Assembly (NCBI GenBank): GCA_937876355.1
Contig: CALFHN010000085.1
Span: 6,069 to 70,068 of the forward strand
DNA length: 64,000 bases
Source of the DNA: an uncultured Bacteroidota bacterium
Lineage (GTDB): Bacteria; Bacteroidota; Rhodothermia; Rhodothermales; UBA10348
Direction of reading: 5' to 3'
Shown: piece by piece, positions 21,362 to 28,343 of the stretch
Layout: each line of letters starts with the position of its first letter
Position numbering within the stretch: position 1 is the first letter of the stretch
Notes under the pieces: model-generated
Told to the model about the DNA's origin: nothing
What the model saw: the letters and a program-made list of their open reading frames with translations, nothing else
The model's database searches: none
Translations under genes and position numbers: made by a program

Positions 21362-22380
21362 TGCGCAAACGAATCGCCAAATTATATTTCTTGTTGGCCG
21401 TGTTTCTCGTCATGGGAAGCGGCTCTGCGTACGCTCAATTGTTACCATCATTGGGCGGAGAAAGAGCTGGAACGTCTGGTTTTCAATTTCTGAAGATCCC
21501 TGTTGATGCCCGTGCTGCAGCTCTCGGCGAGTCCGTAGTGGCCTCGGCATTTGATATTTCAGCATTGTACTGGAATCCGGCCCTGGCCTCTCATCTCCCA
21601 GGAATTCAGGCTGGTTTTCACCATACGGCCTACTTCGTGGATGTAAATCTGGAGTTTGCAGGAATCAATTATCATCTACCAGGGACAAACGTCTCCATCG
21701 GAGCCAGTTTACAGACCCTCAATTCCGGTCAAATGAAAGTAACAACTGAATTTGAGCCTTTTGGAACGGGGGAATCTTTTCGATTTCTCGACCTAGCCGC
21801 CGGACTTACTGTCTCGCAACAACTTACAGACCTGTTTAGCTACGGTATTACAACCAAATATATTCGTGAAAGCGTAATTGGGCTCTCCACAAGTACGGTC
21901 GCATTCGACCTTGGAATCTTTTATGCCGTTGGAAGCACTGGCGCACGAATGGGTGTATCAGTTCGAAATATTGGATTGGATCAAGCTCCAAAAGGAGAAC
22001 TTGAGAGGACCGTGATCGACAAAAACCCTATTCGAATTGAGTCTGAATTCGAGTCATTAACAGCCCCTACGACATTTCACTTGGGGTTCGCGTATGACTT
22101 GCTGAAGTCATCGCCCAATAGTGCGATCACACTTAGCACCCAACTAAATAATCCGAACGACAACGCTGAAAACTGGAATATTGGAGCAGAATACGGCTGG
22201 AAAAATATGCTTTTTATCCGGACAGGATATCGTTTTGGAATTGAAGAGGTTTCGGTACCCAGTTTTGGAACCGGACTTCGGGTACCGTTGTCAGGCGCTT
22301 CCTTTAAGTTTGACTATGGCTTCAACAGACTAGAGCGCCTTGGCGCTGTCCACCGAATGGGAATGAGTGTCGAATTTTGA
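21361..22380 (+). CDS. PorV/PorQ-family outer-membrane beta-barrel protein
   Basis: 339 aa with a signal peptide. GTSGFQFLKIPVDARAAALGESVVA..DISALYWNPA is the family N-terminal signature. The terminal residue is Phe. The start overlaps the upstream stop (TAATG). Confidence 0.7.
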   Translation: MRKRIAKLYFLLAVFLVMGSGSAYAQLLPSLGGERAGTSGFQFLKIPVDARAAALGESVVASAFDISALYWNPALASHLPGIQAGFHHTAYFVDVNLEFAGINYHLPGTNVSIGASLQTLNSGQMKVTTEFEPFGTGESFRFLDLAAGLTVSQQLTDLFSYGITTKYIRESVIGLSTSTVAFDLGIFYAVGSTGARMGVSVRNIGLDQAPKGELERTVIDKNPIRIESEFESLTAPTTFHLGFAYDLLKSSPNSAITLSTQLNNPNDNAENWNIGAEYGWKNMLFIRTGYRFGIEEVSVPSFGTGLRVPLSGASFKFDYGFNRLERLGAVHRMGMSVEF

Positions 22381-23660
22381 AATCTAACCGACTACATATT
22401 TATCTCATTTTAGCCCTGGTCGTTCTCACTGCGACCGGTTGTGACTCTATTTTGGGCTCAAAACAGGATAAAGTCACTGACGAAATATTTGAAGCGGGTC
22501 GAAGCGATCCTCAGCTCATCAGTGAAGTTGAGTACGTTCCCTTGTTTCCGTTTTTCAGCCAAGGGGGCGATGCTAGCCTGCTAGACGCACCAAAGGATAT
22601 TTATGTCGGATACGACGAATTGATCTATGTGGTAGACAGCAGGGGGCTCCACATTTTGGACACTTCCGGTCGAAGTGCGGCGTTTATTCCCATTAATGGC
22701 GGTGGGACATCGGTTATTCAAGATCGCCGGTTAAACGTCTATGTAACCGCTAGGCGAGACACCGTATTAAATGGAAGGTCTTGGAATTTGCCAGTGGTCA
22801 TTCGGTATTCAGAACTTACTAGCGGAATACCAAAAATATCTGACATAATCTGGCACCCATTCGATGACGACTCTCGGCGATTTAACCGCCCCGATCCTGT
22901 CGCAACGGATGAAATGGTGTCTTTTACAGGTGTTGGAGTGCTTTATGACAATAATATCTATGTCTCTCGAAGGGGGCCAATTAACGAACGATCTTCTGTC
23001 ATTCTGCCTCATAACACCATTATGGAATTTGATACAGAGGGGATTAATATTCAATCGATCGTGTCATTACATCCGTCTCAGGCCAGCCTTCGAAGCTCCG
23101 TCTACCCGGCCGATGTAGTCACGTTTGTACATCCGCCGCAGCGATCATTTTTCGAGCAAAATAGGCACTTTATTCTTGCCCAATCGGCTAGCCCAGATGA
23201 TGTTCTGTCAGGCAATTCTCCCCCAATTTTGCCCCTTCGTTATTCCGCACTATCCATCAAGGTCGTTTTTACGAGCGACGGAACAGAGTATCAGCCTGAT
23301 ACACAGATGTTGCAAACAGCTGCAAACCCAGCCAGGGGAAATGGTTTTTTGTATGACGAGTTCAAATTTGTTAACCCAACCGATATAACTGTCGCAACGG
23401 ATGGGTCAAATTTTCTATTTGTTCTGGACGGTGGAAGTGACAGTCTTTTCGTATTTACCGGTCAGGGCATCGAAGGTGTCACGCCTCCTCCGGGCTCGAC
23501 TGCGACCAAACCGGTTGTCGCATCCTTTGGCGGTACCGGTGATGGCGCCAAGCAGTTTAACCGGCCGCAGGGTGTTGCTTATTTTGGAGAAATCGTCTAC
23601 GTAGCCGACACCGGGAATAACCGCATCTCAAGATTTCGACTAAACACAGACTTCGAATAA
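22377..23660 (+). CDS. NHL-repeat lipoprotein
   Basis: 427 aa with a TTG start overlapping the upstream stop. Lipobox LTATGC. The C-terminal FNRPQGVAYFGEIVYVADTGNNRISRF is an NHL repeat. Confidence 0.7.
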   Translation: MKSNRLHIYLILALVVLTATGCDSILGSKQDKVTDEIFEAGRSDPQLISEVEYVPLFPFFSQGGDASLLDAPKDIYVGYDELIYVVDSRGLHILDTSGRSAAFIPINGGGTSVIQDRRLNVYVTARRDTVLNGRSWNLPVVIRYSELTSGIPKISDIIWHPFDDDSRRFNRPDPVATDEMVSFTGVGVLYDNNIYVSRRGPINERSSVILPHNTIMEFDTEGINIQSIVSLHPSQASLRSSVYPADVVTFVHPPQRSFFEQNRHFILAQSASPDDVLSGNSPPILPLRYSALSIKVVFTSDGTEYQPDTQMLQTAANPARGNGFLYDEFKFVNPTDITVATDGSNFLFVLDGGSDSLFVFTGQGIEGVTPPPGSTATKPVVASFGGTGDGAKQFNRPQGVAYFGEIVYVADTGNNRISRFRLNTDFE

Positions 23661-23669
23661 ATTGTCTTT

Positions 23670-24854
23670 ATGAAACGACTTCTGTTTTTTGTCGCGTTCA
23701 CCACCACTCTTTTTCTATCTGCACTTCCTGCCGCTTCTCAAATTTCGCGCGTTGGGAGAGCCTCCACGTTTGATGTGGCAACATGGAATATTGAATGGTT
23801 TGGAGCCACTAATAGCGGACCTAATAACGACGCACTTCAGGTTCAAAACGTCAAGGATATCCTTGAAGAATCAGAAATTGAGCTTTGGGCGGTTCAAGAA
23901 ATTTCCAACACGGATCGGTTTCAGGAACTCCTGACCACATTGGGGCCAAATTGGTCAGGAGAATTAGCAACCATATCTGGATCCCAGCGAGTTGGATACA
24001 TCTGGGATACCCGAGTTGTGACGAAGCGAAGCTCGTCACACATCCTAGAGTCGTTCTCTACTGATTTTGGCGGCCGCCCACCTTTGAAAGCAGAATTCAG
24101 TGTAGCGTTACCCGATACGACCATGATCGTAACGTTAATCAACGTGCACATGAAAGCGTTTGGAGATGCGCAGTCCTATCAAAAACGGGTGAATGCCTCT
24201 GGAAGAGTTAAAAATCACATCGATTTCTCTTCGCTGGCTTCACAGAGCGTCATCTTTCTTGGTGATTTTAATGATGAATTGCAGAGTTCCACTTTTGCCG
24301 GTTCGGTCTCTCCCTACCAAAATTTTCTCGACGATACAGCCAATTTCCTTACCGCATCGCTCGCTCTCGAACAAGCAAACCGACCTTCCTGGATAGGATC
24401 GGGGAGCGGATCCAATTTAGATCACATCTTTATTTCCAATGAACTCATAGCATCGTATATCCCTAGTTCGATCAATACGATGGATGGCCTGAAGTCCTTG
24501 ATTGGTTTTACATCTCAAACGTCGGACCATATTCCGGTCTACATGTCTTTTGGATCGAGTACTGTTCTGGATGTTGACGATGAAAACATCCCTGTAGCTT
24601 TCCAGGTGCGGGATTTGTACCCAAATCCCGCACGCTCTAGTGTCAACCTCACGTTTGTCACGCCGAGCTACGGAAACGTTGCAGTTCAACTATTCGACGT
24701 GCTGGGCCGCCTGGTTGCTTCGACCAGCTACACAGCCACTGCCGGAATCCATACCGTTCCATTTCTTTTCGAGGATATATCTCCCGGCTCGTACTTCCTC
24801 CGGGTCATTGGAGGAACTTCTTCTTCAACCAGACCACTCATAGTCCTGCAATAA
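23670..24854 (+). CDS. secreted endonuclease/exonuclease/phosphatase (DNase I-like) protein with a T9SS C-terminal sorting domain
   Basis: 394 aa with a signal peptide. FDVATWNIEWFG...LWAVQEI...DHIPVY are EEP motifs. The C-terminus (DLYPNPARSSVNLTF...LFDVLGRLVAS...GSYFLRV) is a T9SS sorting domain. Confidence 0.8.
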   Translation: MKRLLFFVAFTTTLFLSALPAASQISRVGRASTFDVATWNIEWFGATNSGPNNDALQVQNVKDILEESEIELWAVQEISNTDRFQELLTTLGPNWSGELATISGSQRVGYIWDTRVVTKRSSSHILESFSTDFGGRPPLKAEFSVALPDTTMIVTLINVHMKAFGDAQSYQKRVNASGRVKNHIDFSSLASQSVIFLGDFNDELQSSTFAGSVSPYQNFLDDTANFLTASLALEQANRPSWIGSGSGSNLDHIFISNELIASYIPSSINTMDGLKSLIGFTSQTSDHIPVYMSFGSSTVLDVDDENIPVAFQVRDLYPNPARSSVNLTFVTPSYGNVAVQLFDVLGRLVASTSYTATAGIHTVPFLFEDISPGSYFLRVIGGTSSSTRPLIVLQ

Positions 24855-25100
24855 TCGTGGATCCGTCCGCTAGATCATAAAGGGTTTTCACTCTAATCCT
24901 CCGGGCGGCCCGGCCCCCGCCTGACCAAAGTCCCTGCTCGTCGATTCTCCCCGCCCGATCGGAGGGGGGGAGTAGGGTGAAAAAGTGGCGCGATATCTTC
25001 TAGCTTCTAAATAATTGCCTCACAGAAACGACTTGGAGGCATACCAACGCTGTTTTTACGTTACGGGACGTCACCTCTTCCAGTTCACATTTAAAAATGC

Positions 25101-25190
25101 TGGCGTGATTCGCACCCAATTGGCGCTATATCCCACTGAAGTGGCGCCCACACCACCTAAATGGCGCCTTTAAATACCTTTCTGGCACGA
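25101..25190 (+). repeat. distal array of 5 direct TGGCGC-type sites phased at 20-21 bp (cassette 1)
   Basis: TGGCG/TGGCA sites start at 25101, 25121, 25142, 25162 and 25183, giving spacings of 20, 21, 20 and 21 bp. A solitary copy, TGGCGCGATATC, sits at 24986. Confidence 0.8.
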
Positions 25191-25429
25191 AAATGATGAC
25201 TTTATTTCCAACAAATTATCACCGTCGTACAATCTAAAGAGTAATCCTGAAGCCCATCGTCCGTGGTTCTCAAACCACCTGGGCCCGGCCGTCCGAACCT
25301 ACAATTTGCCTCAGTCCCAATCATTGGCAGTTTCTGGTTAGCATTGGTGATGTTGGCAGTGTCCGACATTCAATGGAAGTGACTTTAGCGAGCGTCCATG
25401 GACTTTGGGTTTTGATTCAGGGCCGCTTG

Positions 25430-25585
25430 AATCGCGCCAAATTTGTGTATTTGCGAGCCAAAAGGGGCTGAATTGCGTCATAATAAGCAGATGACGCCAT
25501 AAATATGGACAATTGCGCCATGGTTTGAGGGCAAAAAAGGGCCGTGGAGCTTAGAATGCAGGTTTTGTGGAGTATTGCGCCAAAA
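25430..25585 (-). repeat. proximal array of 5+1 GCGCCA-type sites in the opposite orientation, phased at about 20.5 bp (cassette 1)
   Basis: GCGCCA-like sites end at 25439, 25460, 25480, 25499 and 25520, then 25582. Spacings are 21, 20, 19, 21 and 62 bp, and 62 is about three phases. On the minus strand the sites read TTTGGCGC(G/A)AT. Confidence 0.8.
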
Positions 25586-25636
25586 GGGCCCTTGAATAAT
25601 AGGGACCCCTTGAACTCTGGCGACCGCTGATCAACC

Positions 25637-26011
25637 TTATTTCACTTGAAGCAATGAACGCCGGATCATCCACGAGAATGCCTCGTCCATATTTGGAAAT
25701 CGGAAGCGGGGGGCGATGCCGTAGGATTTGTATTTTACGAATTCCGTCCGTTCTCGGTAATACTCTATTGAGATATCGATCAGTTCCTGGTGGGTCCCGT
25801 CCGAAAGGTTGTATCGAGTTGAACGAGTATTACCATGACGTGCTAACAGGCCGGCATTAACTAGTTGATGCAAATCCCGCTGTACTGATCTTCGCGGTAC
25901 GAACCCAGTTTCAGGGTCATATAGATTCAAACAAATTGAATCGCATGATTCGGGCGTACTAACTCCCATCAATAACCTTATGATCTGGACCTGTCGGTCA
26001 TGGGCTTTCAT
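25637..26011 (-). CDS. small winged-helix DNA-binding protein (cassette 1)
   Basis: ORF 25637..26017. I prefer the ATG at 26011, which matches the paralog start MK(A/T)H(D/E)R. IIRLL...RRSVQRDLHQLVNAGLLARHGNTRSTRYNL is a DeoR/HTH_11-like wHTH. A conserved C-terminal tail follows (DISIEYYRERTEF.KY...GIAPRFRFPNM...SWMIRR). Confidence 0.7.
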   Translation of the reverse strand: MKAHDRQVQIIRLLMGVSTPESCDSICLNLYDPETGFVPRRSVQRDLHQLVNAGLLARHGNTRSTRYNLSDGTHQELIDISIEYYRERTEFVKYKSYGIAPRFRFPNMDEAFSWMIRRSLLQVK

Positions 26012-26018
26012 ATCCAAG

Positions 26019-26044
26019 CGACACGTTGATCACGACAATGTAAC
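26019..26044 (-). promoter_or_regulatory. conserved leader/promoter-proximal element upstream of the wHTH gene (cassette 1)
   Basis: CGACACGT lies 7 nt from the ATG and TGTAAC lies 20 bp further on. The same two blocks occur with the same spacing at 41925..41950 upstream of the paralog. Confidence 0.35.
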
Positions 26045-26097
26045 TTTGACTTGGCCACACGCTCAGAACCGCGTGGGGGGGGGGCAACCGACCCCTA

Positions 26098-26670
26098 TTA
26101 TTGTCCCCACTTCTCGACGATGTCCTGAATCTGAGCCCGGACTTCGTCTTCACGCCTTAGTTTGAATTCGGCCCACGTGCTGAGCGAATGATGGTCAGTC
26201 ACGCGGTCAGGAAATAGAATTCCGTCGAGATGATCGTTTTCATGCTGAAAAGTGCCCGCAGTAATGCCTTTGACTTCGCGGGTGACTTTTTTCCCATCCC
26301 GGTCCAAGGCTTCAACCCGTATGTGAGGGCATCTGGAGACTTTACCACGAAGGTCCGGGATAGATAAACAGCCTTCGTAATTGTCGTAACGTTCTTCGGT
26401 CAAAAACGTAATTTTGGGATTCACACAAACAGTGAGTTCTGCCTCGGGTTTGTACGGATACCGAGGATTATTTTTGACTTCGACCACAAATATGCGCCAC
26501 GGCTCTCCTACTTGTGGAGCCGCGATTCCAGCACCGTTGGCATCTCGTTTTGTCTCAATGAGATCATCGATAAAGGCCTGGAAATCTTCGTCAAGCAGTC
26601 GGTCTTTGGGCACTTCGGCACAAATATCGCGAAGGATTGGGTTTCCAATTTGGGTGATTTCTAAGACCAT
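26098..26670 (-). CDS. def: peptide deformylase
   Basis: 190 aa with the three Def motifs: GIAAPQVG, EGCLS and HENDH. Confidence 0.9.
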   Translation of the reverse strand: MVLEITQIGNPILRDICAEVPKDRLLDEDFQAFIDDLIETKRDANGAGIAAPQVGEPWRIFVVEVKNNPRYPYKPEAELTVCVNPKITFLTEERYDNYEGCLSIPDLRGKVSRCPHIRVEALDRDGKKVTREVKGITAGTFQHENDHLDGILFPDRVTDHHSLSTWAEFKLRREDEVRAQIQDIVEKWGQ

Positions 26671-27044
26671 TAGACAATAAATGAATTTATTTTTTCTTTC
26701 AAAGCGGCGAAATCTATTGGTTTCGACACATATCCGTCACATTTCAAAGCAGCGGCTTTACCCCGATAGTCGTCGTTATCGTACGCTGTCATCATGCATA
26801 CAGGAATTGGTGGAGGATCCGACTTGATTCGATCCAACAGCTCCAGACCGGTCATTCCGGGCATATTAATGTCAGACAACACAAGCACTACATCGGTTTT
26901 CCCGTGGGTCTTTAGTTGCGCAAGAGCTTCTTCCCCGGAGAAGGCAAAGATCATCTCAATTTCGCCCTTTGCCAGTTCTCTTCGAAAGCGCATTCGAAAA
27001 AGTGGTTCGACGTCTCTTTCATCATCGACTACTAATATTTTCAT
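26670..27044 (-). CDS. single-domain response regulator (CheY-like receiver)
   Basis: 124 aa. MKILVVDDE...LVLSDINMPGMTGLELL...GYVSKP. It is paralogous to the receiver domain inside the 28344 kinase. Confidence 0.85.
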   Translation of the reverse strand: MKILVVDDERDVEPLFRMRFRRELAKGEIEMIFAFSGEEALAQLKTHGKTDVVLVLSDINMPGMTGLELLDRIKSDPPPIPVCMMTAYDNDDYRGKAAALKCDGYVSKPIDFAALKEKINSFIV

Positions 27045-27136
27045 GTCCTAAGAATTTAAATGGGTTGTCCCTGAATTTCCATATAATGCAGCAAATAAGC
27101 GAGAACTTTTACCCCTTAGCCGCAAATCTTTCAAAC

Positions 27137-27697
27137 ATGAATCACCTTACTCGTCTTACCTCCCTTTTGTTTTTCCTCGTTTTGCTTACCGGTTGCCAGA
27201 CCGAATCAACTACGACCCCCGCCGTGGAAATACCGGCGAACCCTTGGCCGACTTCGGTCACCGACATTGGACCAATCCATTTTGGTAGCACGGTGGCAGA
27301 AGCAAACACCGCAGTCGGAGAGGACTTTCAACCGATACAACCACTCGAGTCCGGGTGTATGTATGGTTCATGGCCATCCGCTCCGGAAGGCCTTACTTTC
27401 ATGGTTGTTGAAGGTAAAATTGCCCGTGCAGACATGGGCGTCAACCTCATGTTTAGATCTGTGGAGGGAATTGGCGTTGGCTCTACGCTTGAAGAAGCCA
27501 AAGCAGCCTATGGAGATATACTTGAAATTGGGCGCAGTAAATACGGCGGCGAATTCGGTGGAGAAGAGGACCTAACCCTTAGATACATCGTCCAGGAAAA
27601 TTCATTTGGATATGTATTTGAGAGCCGGGGAGGTGTCATCGATTCCTGGCGTGCTGGTTTGGCTGAACCGATTCAATGGGTGGAAGGCTGTTCTTAA
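27137..27697 (+). CDS. hypothetical lipoprotein
   Basis: ORF 26969..27697. The upstream part overlaps the receiver gene on the opposite strand. The ATG at 27137 gives MNHLTRLTSLLFFLVLLTGCQ (lipobox). Confidence 0.6.
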   Translation: MNHLTRLTSLLFFLVLLTGCQTESTTTPAVEIPANPWPTSVTDIGPIHFGSTVAEANTAVGEDFQPIQPLESGCMYGSWPSAPEGLTFMVVEGKIARADMGVNLMFRSVEGIGVGSTLEEAKAAYGDILEIGRSKYGGEFGGEEDLTLRYIVQENSFGYVFESRGGVIDSWRAGLAEPIQWVEGCS

Positions 27698-27706
27698 AAC
27701 ATATTT

Positions 27707-28342
27707 ATGTCCGATCCAGCAACAGTAACCCAGCTTTTAAATGCCGCCCAAACAGGCGATACCTCCGCTGTGGATAAGCTGTTTCCGCTGATTTACGACG
27801 AACTCAGGCAACGTGCTCACGCACAAAGAGCAGGATTTGGCGGGCATGCTACGATGAATACTACGGCTATCGTTCACGAGGCCTATTATAAGTTGGCGCA
27901 AGGTGAAAGAGGCGGTGGCGCGGCGGGCGAACATGGCGAACAGGGCGGCGGCGCGGCCGGAATCAAATGGCATAGCAGGGCCCATTTTTATGCGGTCGCC
28001 GCGAAGGCTATGCGACACGTGTTTTTAGACTATGCTAAACGCAAAAATAGAAAAAAACGAGGTGAAGGTGCCCATCACGTTTCGATCGACGAATCAGGAT
28101 CGTTTGAATTGGCCGCCATTATTGGAGATGAGGAAGCGGATGATATCATGGCTCTTGACGCGGCCTTAATTCAACTTTCCACATCAAACGAGCGGGCAGC
28201 CCGGATTGTTGAATGTCGATTTTTCGGAGGCATGACGGTCGAGGACACTGCCTTTGCTTTAGGACTGTCTCCTGCCACTGTCAAAAGGGACTGGGTACTT
28301 GCACGAGTACTCTTATATCAATCCATAACAGCGCAGAATTAG
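27707..28342 (+). CDS. ECF sigma factor of the kinase-associated type (TIGR02999-like)
   Basis: 211 aa. TQLLNAAQTGDTSAVDKLFPLIYDELRQRAH...VHEAYYKL...RAHFYAVAAKAMRHVFLDYAKRK...ECRFFGGMTVEDTAFALGLSPATVKRDW. It is followed 2 nt later by a Ser/Thr kinase gene. Confidence 0.8.
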   Translation: MSDPATVTQLLNAAQTGDTSAVDKLFPLIYDELRQRAHAQRAGFGGHATMNTTAIVHEAYYKLAQGERGGGAAGEHGEQGGGAAGIKWHSRAHFYAVAAKAMRHVFLDYAKRKNRKKRGEGAHHVSIDESGSFELAAIIGDEEADDIMALDAALIQLSTSNERAARIVECRFFGGMTVEDTAFALGLSPATVKRDWVLARVLLYQSITAQN

Positions 28343-28343
28343 T

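Noticed and set aside
24984-25013. Mini-ORF starting ATGGCGCGATA (MARYLLASK in cassette 1 and MARYFSKTNW at 40856 in cassette 2).
   Set aside because: The shared MARY prefix is simply the conserved DNA motif ATGGCGCGATAC read as codons. The peptides diverge immediately and are only 9-10 aa long.
24855-25636. Could the repeat-rich ORF-free tract be a CRISPR array, an IS/MITE or a transposon end?
   Set aside because: The repeated core is only 6-11 bp and degenerate, with a 20-bp period. That is far too short for CRISPR repeats and spacers. No cas, transposase or integrase gene is nearby, and I found no terminal inverted repeats or target-site duplications. It is kept as an unexplained phased-site array.
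26969-27136. N-terminal extension of ORF 26969..27697.
   Set aside because: The extension runs antisense through the receiver gene. The internal ATG at 27137 yields a textbook lipoprotein signal.
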